Source: Kiritimatiellales bacterium (GTDB lineage Bacteria; Verrucomicrobiota; Kiritimatiellia; Kiritimatiellales; Tichowtungiaceae). Taken from it: a stretch of 32,384 bases of DNA. The stretch is taken from contig JBAWXO010000001.1 of assembly GCA_037144035.1 (NCBI GenBank), positions 1-32,384 on the forward strand, written 5' to 3'. A program made the translations under genes and the position numbers. Within the stretch, counting starts at the first letter, position 1; the number at the start of each line of letters is the position of its first letter. The notes beneath the pieces are model-generated. The model was not told where the DNA came from. It saw only the letters and a list, made by a program, of their open reading frames with translations, and did not search any database. Positions 1-13,108 of this stretch are shown here, piece after piece.

Positions 1-414
1 GTCCATCGACTCCCGGTATACGTCGAACGAGTGATCGCGAGCAGAAATATCACCTGGAGACGTTTTTTGAGCGCCGTAATTCCCCCGCCCGACATCGTTC
101 ATTCCCAGCATGATCGTTGCGACATTTGGATGATGAACCGCGATATCCCGGTCAAACCGGGCAACGGCTCCCGATGCTGTATCACCGGAGATGCCGCAGT
201 TATAATATATAAAGGCTTTGCTGGGAAATCGGGTGGCATAGAAAAGAAAAATGTCGGCGTGATACGAACCGCCATGGGTAATCGAATCGCCAATAAAAAC
301 AACCTTATCGCCCGTGTCGAAACCGAACACCGGCGCTTCTGCCGTCCACCCTGAAACCGCGAAAATTGCGGCAAATATCGGAACCGCCAGAAACTTTTTA
401 ACCCTGATTTTCAT
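1..414 (-). CDS. SGNH/GDSL hydrolase family protein, secreted (N-terminal part; runs off the window start)
   Basis: Not in the ORF track. Manual translation from ATG at 414 gives MKIRVKKFLAVPIFAAIFAVSGWTAEAPVFGFDTGDKVVFIGDSITHGG...NCGISGDTASG...TIMLGMNDVG. This shows a signal peptide plus SGNH blocks I (GDS), II (G) and III (GxND); purine-rich AGAAAGG lies upstream. Confidence 0.85.
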   Translation of the reverse strand, partial: MKIRVKKFLAVPIFAAIFAVSGWTAEAPVFGFDTGDKVVFIGDSITHGGSYHADIFLFYATRFPSKAFIYYNCGISGDTASGAVARFDRDIAVHHPNVATIMLGMNDVGRGNYGAQKTSPGDISARDHSFDVYRESMD

Positions 415-456
415 TCTGCCTTTCTTGCTGGAAACTAAAAAACTCATGCTCCATAA

Positions 457-2607
<2,151 letters not shown>

Positions 2608-2669
2608 ACAAAAACTTTCCTATCCGTGCTCATTCGTGTTATTCGTGGGCACTTACAACGAGGTAAATT

Positions 2670-3581
2670 ATGGCTAGAAAAATCGGTTTAGGTCGCGGGC
2701 TTGACGCTCTCATTCAGGAAAAAAAGGTGCTGGCACCTGTGATGGACGCCCCGGCTCCGGACAGTACCGGCATCACGAAGATCGCCGTCGGCCGGATCAA
2801 GGTCAACCCGATGCAGCCGCGCCGCATCTTCCGCGACGAAGCGCTCAATGAACTGATCGCCTCGATCAAGGAGCACGGCATCCTTCAGCCCCTGCTCGTC
2901 CGGCAGAAAGAAAAACATTTTGAACTGATCGCCGGTGAGCGCCGCCTGCGCGCCGCCAAGGCCGCCAACCTGCCGGAAGTGCCGGTCATCCTGCTCGACA
3001 TCGGCGATCAGGAAGCGCTCGAAATCGCGCTGATCGAAAATTTACAGCGCGCCGACCTCAACCTGATGGAAGAAGCCGAAGGCTACCGCGAACTGGCCGT
3101 CAAGTTCGGCCTCAAACAGGACGAGATTGCTAAGCGGGTCGGCAAGGCCCGCACCAGCGTCGCTAACACGCTCCGCCTGCTTGATCTGCCCGCCAGCATC
3201 AAAAAGATGCTCGAAGGCGAACAGCTTTCCGCCGGACACGGCAAAGTGCTCCTCGGTGTGGAAATTGATGCGGAAAAAGAACTGCTCGCTCAGCGGGTCG
3301 TCCGCGAAAGCCTCTCCGTCCGGGCATTGGAAAAAATCGTCGAACGGCTCAAAAAGCCGACCAAAAAGCCGCGCGCCGAAAAGAGCGACCTGCCGATTGA
3401 TTACGTCCGCCACCTTTCCGAAAAACTGCACCAGCACTTTGGCACGGCGGTACACATCACCTCGACCAAAACGCTCTCCAACGGAAAAAAGATTAAAGGC
3501 GCCATCCAGATCGACTACTACAACAACGAAGACCTCACCCGCGTCCTCGAAATCCTCGGCATCAGCTCCGATGATTTGTAG
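2670..3581 (+). CDS. parB: ParB/Spo0J chromosome partitioning protein
   Basis: N-terminal LGRGLDALI ParA-interaction peptide, NPxQPR, GILQP, arginine patch AGERRLRA, ENLQR, HTH with GKARTSVANTLRLL; GAGG RBS. Confidence 0.95.
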   Translation: MARKIGLGRGLDALIQEKKVLAPVMDAPAPDSTGITKIAVGRIKVNPMQPRRIFRDEALNELIASIKEHGILQPLLVRQKEKHFELIAGERRLRAAKAANLPEVPVILLDIGDQEALEIALIENLQRADLNLMEEAEGYRELAVKFGLKQDEIAKRVGKARTSVANTLRLLDLPASIKKMLEGEQLSAGHGKVLLGVEIDAEKELLAQRVVRESLSVRALEKIVERLKKPTKKPRAEKSDLPIDYVRHLSEKLHQHFGTAVHITSTKTLSNGKKIKGAIQIDYYNNEDLTRVLEILGISSDDL

Positions 3582-3629
3582 CAGAGGGCTGGAGTCAGAG
3601 TAGCCGTAATACATGACTAGGGAGCAAAA

Positions 3630-3956
3630 ATGGGGGACGTTCTTTATTACAAAAAATTCGAATCCAACAGTTTCTTGTGTCCATCACGCATCGGACGCGT
3701 TGAGTATTTTCTGCGAAATATCGGTCTAGGACTGATTATGACACCATTTGAATTGATCATGGAAAAATCAGATAATGCCGCTGTGTCCTTCGTCTCTTTT
3801 CTTATTTTCGTATCACTCTTGGTTTTTGGGTTTTGGTTTTCTCTGCTCCCCAGAATTCGTGATGTCGGCTGGAATCAAAAACTCGCATGGCTTATGTTGA
3901 TTCCAGGCATAAACATCATTTTCGGAGTATCGTTGTTCGCAACACCCGGAAAATAA
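3630..3956 (+). CDS. DUF805-family small inner membrane protein
   Basis: RIGRVEYF...RIRDVGW...LIPGIN...PG pattern typical of DUF805, three hydrophobic segments, GGAG RBS; visibly AT-richer than neighbours. Confidence 0.75.
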   Translation: MGDVLYYKKFESNSFLCPSRIGRVEYFLRNIGLGLIMTPFELIMEKSDNAAVSFVSFLIFVSLLVFGFWFSLLPRIRDVGWNQKLAWLMLIPGINIIFGVSLFATPGK

Positions 3957-4009
3957 GCTCGAACTGCTGGGCTAAGCTTGCGGCTAACGCTCACCCTCAA
4001 ACTTTAAAA

Positions 4010-4033
4010 ACGCGACGAGGGCGTCGCGTCTAC
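4010..4033 (-). repeat. GTAG-type REP palindrome
   Basis: Minus strand reads GTAG-ACGCGACG-CCCT-CGTCGCGT (tetranucleotide foot plus 8-bp stem). Confidence 0.65.
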
Positions 4034-4111
4034 GTTTTCAAACACGGGAAAGAATTCTTCCAGAGTTTGGAACATTTGCCTTCGCCGCCCCGATTTGGTA
4101 CAAACTTCGGC

Positions 4112-4327
4112 ATGACAACACTAGCCATTGATAAAATGAGCGCCGCAGAAAAACTCCTCGCCATGGAGCAGCTCTGGGACAACCTCTGCCATCAGGCGGA
4201 GCCGATGCAGTCTCCCGAATGGCACCTTGAAGTACTCCGGGTTCGCGAGGAACAGGCGGCATACAATCCCTCCAGTTTTTCAGACTGGAGCGAGGCAAAA
4301 AAACGGATACAGGATCGGACGTCGTGA
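4112..4327 (+). CDS. Putative addiction-module antitoxin (TIGR02574-like)
   Basis: MTTLAIDKMSAAEKLLAMEQLWDNL...SPEWH...DWSEAKKRI, 71 aa; overlaps the downstream toxin start (GTGA). Confidence 0.8.
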   Translation: MTTLAIDKMSAAEKLLAMEQLWDNLCHQAEPMQSPEWHLEVLRVREEQAAYNPSSFSDWSEAKKRIQDRTS

Positions 4328-4614
4328 AGATCAAAATCCTGCCGCAAGCGGAACAGGACCTGATCGACGGGTTCCACTTCTATGAAATGCAGCAGGCCGG
4401 ATTAGGCGGCTACTTTCTCGACACCCTCTTTTCGGATATTGAGTCGCTCGAATTTTTCGCCGGAGTTCATCCGGTTGTATTTAAACAGTACCGGCTGCTT
4501 TCCAAACGATTCCCATTCGCCGTGTACTACAAAATGGCCGACGGAACCGTTCAGGTGTATGCAGTTCTCGACTGCCGACGGAATCCGGCATGGATTCACG
4601 AACGGCTGAAATAG
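4324..4614 (+). CDS. RelE/ParE-family toxin
   Basis: MKIKILPQAEQDL..GFHFYE.Q..GLG.YFLD...RFPFAVYY...VYAVLDCRRNP, 96 aa, coupled to the upstream antitoxin. Confidence 0.85.
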   Translation: MKIKILPQAEQDLIDGFHFYEMQQAGLGGYFLDTLFSDIESLEFFAGVHPVVFKQYRLLSKRFPFAVYYKMADGTVQVYAVLDCRRNPAWIHERLK

Positions 4615-4636
4615 TTTTTGAAGGTTTGAGACTTTT

Positions 4637-4716
4637 TGGAGTGCGGTGGCAAGTTTACGCGACACCGCTTTTCAAAACAGAGCGGCCTCGCGCCTACGGC
4701 TTGCATCCGCACTCCA
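4637..4716. repeat. REP doublet / long imperfect hairpin (TGGAGTGCGG...CCGCACTCCA)
   Basis: 10-bp perfect terminal inverted repeat with inner pairing (gcaag/cttgc, gcga/tcgc, ccgct/agcgg); lies between convergent genes. Confidence 0.7.
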
Positions 4717-4722
4717 GACCGT

Positions 4723-4801
4723 TTACGCGGACTTCTTTTTCAGATCGCCGAGTTCGATTGGATGGGCAAGCCCTTCGACGACATCTTTGGTGATGCGGCA
4801 G
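4723..4801 (-). pseudogene. Displaced duplicate of the clpX 3' end (att-like direct repeat)
   Basis: Translates [25 protein letters not shown], versus [25 protein letters not shown] at 5467-5545; 69/79 nt identical. Confidence 0.92.
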
Positions 4802-4804
4802 GGA

Positions 4805-5248
4805 CTACTTGAGGTTTTCCAAATCCTCTAAATCTTTGTAGCGACCAGCCGCCCTTTTATTACGCTTCAGGTCATCGAGGCTGATCAGCGAAACCGGAGT
4901 CCCGCCAATTTCAATCATGTTGCGCCGCGCATAACATTCAGCAAACTTCACACCGGAAATGTCGTTGAGGACCTCAATGCGCATCGGAGGAACACCCATC
5001 CGGATAATGCGCCCTTTTTCAAGAAACGTCTCTTCATTGATCTGATCCGGGCGGAATCCGAATTTAAGAAGCGCTGAAACCATCCGTTTTGCGGTGTCGG
5101 GATGGATGGCAATCCAAACGTCCATATCAGCGGTTGCGCGGGGGAAACCGTAGTGTCCGACGGCATATCCGCCGATCAAGAGATATTCAACGCCTTCGGC
5201 GTTAAGCAATCTCAAGAACTCTTTGAAATCGCGGGGGATTTTCTCCAT
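4805..5248 (-). CDS. Small nucleotidyltransferase (DUF6036-like, Pol-beta superfamily)
   Basis: DFKEFLRLLN...YLLIGGYAV..YGFPRATADMDVW (GG plus DxD motif)...NKRAAGRYKDLEDL; start at MEKIP. Confidence 0.8.
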   Translation of the reverse strand: MEKIPRDFKEFLRLLNAEGVEYLLIGGYAVGHYGFPRATADMDVWIAIHPDTAKRMVSALLKFGFRPDQINEETFLEKGRIIRMGVPPMRIEVLNDISGVKFAECYARRNMIEIGGTPVSLISLDDLKRNKRAAGRYKDLEDLENLK

Positions 5249-5402
5249 AGCCGTAAACCACACTGCGGTTAATTTCAATCGCCTGCCAGCGTTCTTCGAA
5301 CGTTCTGGCGTGCCAGTAAGCCGGTTCGTCGGGCTCGTTTACCCAGCCAACAGAAAGAACTCTTTTATCCAATTCAGGATATGGATGCCCGCCGGTTTTC
5401 AT
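5202..5402 (-). CDS. Small partner protein of the nucleotidyltransferase (putative TA-like pair)
   Basis: 66 aa LDKRVLSV...DEPAYWHARTFEERWQAIEINRSVVYGY...RFQRVLEIA, overlapping the nucleotidyltransferase start; resembles peptides commonly found upstream of this family. Confidence 0.65.
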   Translation of the reverse strand: MKTGGHPYPELDKRVLSVGWVNEPDEPAYWHARTFEERWQAIEINRSVVYGYGENPPRFQRVLEIA

Positions 5403-5442
5403 GCTCCGAGTATAGCAAAGCAGGCCATTGAGTCGAATGCTA

Positions 5443-5465
5443 AAGCGGCAGGATGCCGCTTCCAC
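5443..5465 (-). repeat. REP-like palindrome immediately after the clpX stop
   Basis: Minus strand GTGG-AAGCGGCA-TCC-TGCCGCTT. Confidence 0.55.
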
Positions 5466-5466
5466 A

Positions 5467-6711
5467 CTAAGCTGACTTCTTCTTCAGGTCGCCGAGTTCA
5501 ATCGGATGGGCGCGGCCTTCGACGACATCTTTGGTGATGCGGCAGTTGGTGATGTCACTGCGCTGCGGCACTTCGTACATGACGTCGAGCATGAGGTGTT
5601 CAAGAATGGCGCGCAGTCCGCGGGCGCCGGTTTTGCGTTTGAGCGCCATCTTCGCCAGCGAACGTAACGCGTCGTCATCAAACTCCAGCTTTACGGAATC
5701 CATGGCGAGCAGTTTTTTGTACTGCTTGACCATCGAGTTTTTCGGCTGGGTGAGAATGTGGACGAGATCGTCTTCGGACAGTTCCTGAAGTTGAACAACC
5801 AGCGGGAGGCGGCCGATAAATTCGGGAATGAGTCCATACTTGAGCAGGTCTTCCGGCTCGACGTTCATGGTCTCCGGTTTCCAATCATTGGAAACTTTGT
5901 CGGCAGCACCGAAGCCAAGCACCTTTTTGTCGGTGCGGCGGCTGATGATATCGTCGAGGCCGACGAACGCACCGCCGCAGATGAAGAGGATGTTGCTCGT
6001 GTTGAGCTTGATGTATTCCTCCTGCGGATGCTTGCGTCCGCCTTTGGGCGGGATGCTGGCGATGGTGCCTTCGATAATTTTCAGCAGAGCCTGCTGAACG
6101 CCTTCGCCGGAAACGTCGCGCGTGATGGAGACGTTGTCGGTTTTCCTGGAAATTTTGTCGATCTCGTCGATGTAGACGATACCGCGCTCGGCGCGTTTGA
6201 CGTCGTAGTTGGCGTTCTGCAGCAGAGCCAGCAGAATGCTTTCGACGTCTTCGCCGACGTAGCCGGCTTCGGTGACGGTGGTGGCGTCGGTGATGGCGTA
6301 CGGCACGTCGAGAATGCGCGCCAGCGTTTTGGCCAGCAGGGTTTTGCCGCTGCCGGTCGGGCCGACAAGCAGGACGTTGCTTTTTTCGAGTTCGACGCCG
6401 TCGTCTTTGGACGTGGTGTCGGTCATCCGTTTGTAATGATTGTGAACCGCGACGGAGAGAACCTTCTTGGCGTGTTCCTGTCCGATAACGTATTCGTCGA
6501 GATGCTTTTTGATTTCGTGCGGCTTCGGCACTTTGACGGCATCGGTACCTTTGCCGCGCTGGCCCTGCTGAGCAATCATGGCATCGCAAAGCTGGACGCA
6601 TTCGTCGCAGATGCAAATGCCGTCCGGCCCGGCAATCAGGTTGCGGGTGTCTTTTTCGGTTTTGCCGCAAAAGGAGCAGACGGGCTTATTACGGGGCGGT
6701 TTGTTACTCAT
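5467..6711 (-). CDS. clpX: ATP-dependent Clp protease ATP-binding subunit ClpX
   Basis: CSFCGK...CICDECV zinc finger, GPTGSGKT Walker [30 protein letters not shown] loop, TGARGLR. Confidence 0.98.
   Translation of the reverse strand: MSNKPPRNKPVCSFCGKTEKDTRNLIAGPDGICICDECVQLCDAMIAQQGQRGKGTDAVKVPKPHEIKKHLDEYVIGQEHAKKVLSVAVHNHYKRMTDTTSKDDGVELEKSNVLLVGPTGSGKTLLAKTLARILDVPYAITDATTVTEAGYVGEDVESILLALLQNANYDVKRAERGIVYIDEIDKISRKTDNVSITRDVSGEGVQQALLKIIEGTIASIPPKGGRKHPQEEYIKLNTSNILFICGGAFVGLDDIISRRTDKKVLGFGAADKVSNDWKPETMNVEPEDLLKYGLIPEFIGRLPLVVQLQELSEDDLVHILTQPKNSMVKQYKKLLAMDSVKLEFDDDALRSLAKMALKRKTGARGLRAILEHLMLDVMYEVPQRSDITNCRITKDVVEGRAHPIELGDLKKKSA
5879..5893. repeat. Iterated palindrome TTCCAA-N3-TTGGAA, perfect copy inside clpX
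   Basis: ttccaa tca ttggaa (peptide SNDWK, in the variable loop after LGF). Confidence 0.85.
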
Positions 6712-6712
6712 A

Positions 6713-6790
6713 AGTTTCGCAGTTTGGGGTTTGAGGTCTGGAGTTCTAAGTTCACCAACCGGGAACCGCAAACTCCAAACTGATAACTGT
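6713..6790. repeat. Opposed degenerate heptamer arrays between clpP and clpX
   Basis: agtttgg ggtttga ggtctgg agttcta agttcac followed by caaccgg gaaccgc aaactcc aaactga taactgt. Confidence 0.6.
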
Positions 6791-6802
6791 CAAAAAGCAG
6801 TC

Positions 6803-7384
6803 TTACTGCTTTTTGACAACCACTTCGTCGACGAGGCCATATTTGACGGCTTCTTCGGCGGACATGAAAAAGTCACGGTCGGTGTCTTTTTCGATCGTCT
6901 TGATCGGCTTACCGGTATGATCGGCCAGAATTTCGTTGAGCCGCTTCTTCATGCGGAGAATTTCTTTGGTCTGAATTTCAATATCCGTGGCCTGCCCCTG
7001 CGAGCCGCCGAGCGGCTGGTGGATCATGATGCGCGCATTCGGCAGTGCAAAGCGTTTGCCCTTGGTGCCCGCAGCCAGCAGGACCGCGCCCATGCTGGCG
7101 GCCTGACCGACGCAATAGGTGGTGATCGGGCATTTCAGGAACTGCATCGTGTCGTAAATCGCCATACCGGAGGTGACCACACCGCCGGGTGAGTTGATGT
7201 AGATGCTGATATCCTTCTCGGCGTCTTCGCTCTGCAGAAACAGCAGCTGCGCGATGACGAGATTGCTCACGTCATCGTTGATTTCGGTGCCAAGGAAAAT
7301 GATCCGCTCTTTCAGCAGACGTGAATAAATGTCATACGCGCGTTCGCCGCGGCCCGTCTGTTCTATTACCATTGGAATAAGCAT
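6803..7384 (-). CDS. clpP: ATP-dependent Clp protease proteolytic subunit
   Basis: [32 protein letters not shown] (catalytic Ser), MIHQP (His), DRD. Confidence 0.98.
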   Translation of the reverse strand: MLIPMVIEQTGRGERAYDIYSRLLKERIIFLGTEINDDVSNLVIAQLLFLQSEDAEKDISIYINSPGGVVTSGMAIYDTMQFLKCPITTYCVGQAASMGAVLLAAGTKGKRFALPNARIMIHQPLGGSQGQATDIEIQTKEILRMKKRLNEILADHTGKPIKTIEKDTDRDFFMSAEEAVKYGLVDEVVVKKQ

Positions 7385-7416
7385 TTTCGCCCTTTCGTTC
7401 AGGGGCCAACGGCCCC

Positions 7417-7490
7417 GTTATTTGTTATCGGTTATTCGTTATTGGGGAAACCATGCAATCCGCTTTCCACAACTAGCAAATATCCAATAC
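7417..7490. repeat. Heptamer array (GTTATNN x4) with degenerate opposed arm between tig and clpP
   Basis: gttattt gttatcg gttattc gttattg ... aactagc aaatatc caatacc. Confidence 0.6.
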
Positions 7491-8786
7491 CTATTTGATT
7501 TTGGCTTTTTCGAGCAGGAATTCAACGGTTTTCCCGAAGCGAATCTGGTCACCGACCGATTCCAGGTGCCCTTCCTTCTCCAGTTTTTTGCGATACTCTG
7601 CGGCATCCTGACGCTGCTGAACGGCCATGCGAACCACTTCGTCGGAAACTTCCTGATCGGCGGCCACAATCTTTTCCTCGGCGGCGATGGCCATAATGAT
7701 GTAGCGCAGCTTCACCTGCTCCTCGCCCTTCACCTGCGCCTCTTTCATCATATCTTCGGTCTGCGCCTTGATCTGCTCCTGGGTCATGCCGCTCATCATG
7801 CGCTGGCGGGCCATATCATACATCACGTGTCGGGTCTGTTCCTTCACGGCGCTTTCCGGCACATCGAGCTTGGTTTTCTCAAGCAGAAAATCGCAGACTG
7901 CATCCTGCTGCCGGCCCTTTTCCTTATTCTTCGCGTTCTCTTCGAGATGCTCGCGGATGTTTTTACGCAGTTCCGCTTCCGATTCAATGCGCAGCTGTTT
8001 CAAAAACTCCGCATTAAGCTCCGGCAGTTTCGTTTCGCGCATGCCGGTGACTTCGACTTTGAACTCGGCCTTCATGCCAGCCAGTTCCTTGACGATAAAG
8101 CCTTCGTGAAATTTAACCGTGACATCCTTCTTGTCGCCAATCTTTGAGCCGACGAGCGCCTTGCCCATGCCGGGCAGGAACGACTCTTCATCGCAGGTAA
8201 TCCAGTAACCGTTGCCGTGTCCGAGGCCGCGGGCCTTCGGAACTTTTTCTTCGAGCGGCTGACCGCCGATGGTCGACTCGTAGGAAACCTGCACCATGTC
8301 GTTTTCTTTGGCGGCGCGGCCGGTAATGTCTTCATAGGTCGCGTGTTGACGGAGAATGCTTTCGACCGTTTCGCCGACCTGTTTTTCGGAAACGTCGGTC
8401 TTTTCGGCCTTGATGGAAATGCCTTCGTATTTCGGAAGCTTGAATTCCGGATGGATGTCTACCGTTACTTCAAACTTAAGCGGCTTACCTTCGACTATTT
8501 CCGGTTCGCTAACATCAACCACAGCCACCACTTTGACTTTTTCCTTTTCGATCGCTTCATGGTAGAACTTCGGCACAACACGGTCCTTCAGGTCGGCGGC
8601 CATATCCTTGGCGAACTTCTTTTCCACCAGCGCTTTAGGCGCGTGGCCTTTACGGAAACCCGGCAGGGAAACGCCCTTGGCGTAATAGTTCAGCAGCTCG
8701 GCGCGCTCGGCGGCCACGGCATCCGCCGGCACCTCAATTTTCAGCGTCTGGCGGCACGTTCCGGTGTTTTTTACAGCAACCTTCAT
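7491..8786 (-). CDS. tig: Trigger factor
   Basis: Ribosome-binding signature PGFRKGHAP, FKBP-like middle domain, canonical tig-clpP-clpX order; AAGGAG RBS. Confidence 0.96.
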   Translation of the reverse strand: MKVAVKNTGTCRQTLKIEVPADAVAAERAELLNYYAKGVSLPGFRKGHAPKALVEKKFAKDMAADLKDRVVPKFYHEAIEKEKVKVVAVVDVSEPEIVEGKPLKFEVTVDIHPEFKLPKYEGISIKAEKTDVSEKQVGETVESILRQHATYEDITGRAAKENDMVQVSYESTIGGQPLEEKVPKARGLGHGNGYWITCDEESFLPGMGKALVGSKIGDKKDVTVKFHEGFIVKELAGMKAEFKVEVTGMRETKLPELNAEFLKQLRIESEAELRKNIREHLEENAKNKEKGRQQDAVCDFLLEKTKLDVPESAVKEQTRHVMYDMARQRMMSGMTQEQIKAQTEDMMKEAQVKGEEQVKLRYIIMAIAAEEKIVAADQEVSDEVVRMAVQQRQDAAEYRKKLEKEGHLESVGDQIRFGKTVEFLLEKAKIK

Positions 8787-8885
8787 CAAAATTCTCCTTT
8801 TATTGGAAATTTAAAAGCGGCACAGCTTACGGCACCCCTCCGGTGAGGTCAATTTCCAAGGGTCGGAAAAAACAGGTGCAGAGGT

Positions 8886-8934
8886 TGGAGGGTCGCCGGC
8901 CTCGGCGACCATGGACAGCGCGGCCGCTGTCCAT
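8886..8934. repeat. GGAG-type REP doublet
   Basis: TGGAG-GGTCGCCG-gcct-CGGCGACC followed by ATGGACAGCG-cggc-CGCTGTCCAT; two adjacent hairpins. Confidence 0.6.
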
Positions 8935-9062
8935 CTAGAAAACATTCCCTGCCCCGGCTCCACCGCTCCACGGACTTAGACTTTTTTCTTTTCGCCATTC
9001 TTTAAAACTCTATACTGCCTGCCGAGCCGAAGTCTTGGTGCAGACTGGCGCAATAAACCCGG

Positions 9063-9090
9063 TTGACAATGGGAACATAAGTGTTACCTT
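9063..9090 (+). promoter_or_regulatory. Putative promoter/operator of the TA operon (probably leaderless)
   Basis: TTGACA at 9063, imperfect palindrome gAACAtaagTGTTac directly before the ATG, no Shine-Dalgarno. Confidence 0.4.
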
Positions 9091-9414
9091 ATGAAATACG
9101 AAATCAGAGAGGTTGACGACGGTCGGGGAAGTTCTCCGTTCGCCTCATGGTTCAACAAACTGGATGCGGCGGCGGCGGCGCGGGTTGACCGCTATATCCG
9201 CCGGATTGAAAACGGGAACTTCGGGAACTCGAAGCCGGTTGGCGGTGGCGTACAGGAATTGAAAATAGACTTCGGGCCGGGCTACCGGGTTTATTACGGC
9301 AGAGACGGGCAACGGCTTATCATCCTGCTGGCAGGAGGATCGAAACGAAAGCAGTCCTCCGATATAGAGGTGGCAAAGAGGCGCTGGGAAGCATACCGGA
9401 AAGCGAAGGGATAA
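9091..9414 (+). CDS. RelE-superfamily addiction module killer protein (toxin-first, HigB-like)
   Basis: SPFASWFNKL...RIENGNFGNSKPVGGGVQELKIDFGPGYRVYYG...LLAGGSKRKQSSDI signature. Confidence 0.9.
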   Translation: MKYEIREVDDGRGSSPFASWFNKLDAAAAARVDRYIRRIENGNFGNSKPVGGGVQELKIDFGPGYRVYYGRDGQRLIILLAGGSKRKQSSDIEVAKRRWEAYRKAKG

Positions 9415-9415
9415 C

Positions 9416-9736
9416 ATGGCACTGACACGGGAATATAAACAAACCGTTCTGGAACGGATCAAAGCCGACCCGGAGTTTGAAAAAGCTCTGTATGCGGAAG
9501 CCGTTACCGCATTGCTGGAAGGCGAACAGGAAGAGGCCCTTTCCATGTTGCGCGATCTGGTGCATGCCGCCATCAGCTTCAAAAAGCTGGCCGAACAGAC
9601 CGGGGTAAACGAAAAATCGTTGCTCCGCATGCTGAGTCCGAAAGGAAACCCGACCGTTAAAAATATCGGCCTCATTCTGCAAGCCATTCAGCAAGACCTC
9701 GGCATTACTCCTCAAATTACCATCGCGGCGGCGTGA
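9416..9736 (+). CDS. HTH addiction module antidote protein
   Basis: MALTREYKQTVLERIKADPEF...LRDLV...LAEQTG..KSLLRMLSPKGNPT; starts 1 nt after the toxin stop. Confidence 0.85.
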   Translation: MALTREYKQTVLERIKADPEFEKALYAEAVTALLEGEQEEALSMLRDLVHAAISFKKLAEQTGVNEKSLLRMLSPKGNPTVKNIGLILQAIQQDLGITPQITIAAA

Positions 9737-9854
9737 TGTCTTTACAGACCTGCCCGCGGTGCCATAGCGTTGCGGCTGGAGCGGTTTGTCGAGTTTGGGG
9801 TTGATTCACTCCTCTAAAAGCGATTTCCTACAAACCCTTCAACATTTTAACTAA

Positions 9855-12089
<2,235 letters not shown>

Positions 12090-12280
12090 TCGAAGGTCGA
12101 AAGTCTGAAGGTCAAAGGTCGGGATCTTTGTTTTCCAATGTTTCGGAAAATCTTTACCGCCCGCCGCGCTTGCCGCCCCGCCCGCCAACCTGTTAAAAGC
12201 CTTCTGTGCCACAGGCGTTTCAGTTAACGGGAAATAAAAAAATAATCGAAGGCTTAAAGCCATCTGACAAAGGAACTGTT

Positions 12281-13024
12281 ATGAAAAACAAATGGGGTTG
12301 GATTTTCGTCGTACTGTTCCCCTTTCTGACAGGGTGTGTTCGTTTATATGAAACACCACTCTTGCCCTTAAACAAAAGTCAGATCCCTTCAGATTCTGTT
12401 ACAGTTCGGTTAAGCGGTTTTGGAATGATCACCCGAGAAGTCGTCGGATCATCTATTGGTTTTTCATCGGCGACTGCGAGCGGAACCGCGTACAACTATA
12501 AAACCGGAAACATGGTCGGCTATAACGCTTCCGGTTCGGGAACATCATCCTCTTTGCAGTTCGGAGACAAGCAGAGCGAAGATGTCTTTATGTTTACTCG
12601 TAATGAACTGGAATGTGCAGGGCTGTACCTGCAAGCGCAATACCCCGACTTCGTTTTAGAGGGAACCCTCGGCGGGCCATACACGAAGTTTAATCATAAC
12701 TTCTGGCTAGAAGCCCCCTTTGTGATCGGAACCATTTTCACTTACTATTCGTTGCCAAGTGAGGGATGGTGTGATCTGCGCGTCTATGATTCTTCGGGGC
12801 GGTTTCTGAAGTCCTATCACGCAGAAGAGCTACGCTTATACAGGCAGATTGGGATCCCATACTTTAGCGTTTTTAACAAAGAGGCGATGAGTCCATTTGC
12901 TCGGCGCAGGGTAATTTATTCCGCTGTGAATAATTGTTTGAATCAGTTCTTCACGGACCTACAACAAGGTAAAATCAAGCCCGCACAAAAAGATAAGCAA
13001 ACAGAAACGGTGTCAGTCCGATAA
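12281..13024 (+). CDS. Hypothetical lipoprotein
   Basis: AAGGA RBS, MKNKWGWIFVVLFPFLTGC lipobox; AT-richer codon usage; no family recognised. Confidence 0.65.
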   Translation: MKNKWGWIFVVLFPFLTGCVRLYETPLLPLNKSQIPSDSVTVRLSGFGMITREVVGSSIGFSSATASGTAYNYKTGNMVGYNASGSGTSSSLQFGDKQSEDVFMFTRNELECAGLYLQAQYPDFVLEGTLGGPYTKFNHNFWLEAPFVIGTIFTYYSLPSEGWCDLRVYDSSGRFLKSYHAEELRLYRQIGIPYFSVFNKEAMSPFARRRVIYSAVNNCLNQFFTDLQQGKIKPAQKDKQTETVSVR

Positions 13025-13108
13025 TTTGATAATCCGAGTTCAGAAACTTGGAAAAATTCGTTCCACACATTGAAATCTTGTCTTTGCGTTCTCTGCGCTC
13101 TTTTGAGG

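Noticed and set aside
31-374. ORF-track ORFs 31..354 (+) and 99..374 (-)
   Set aside because: Shadows of the real minus-strand SGNH hydrolase frame starting at 414, which the track missed because it lacks a stop in the window.
3957-4110. Possible integron attC site between DUF805 and the TA pair
   Set aside because: No matching RYYYAAC/GTTRRRY box pair with complementary arms, and no integrase; the hairpin is better explained as a REP.
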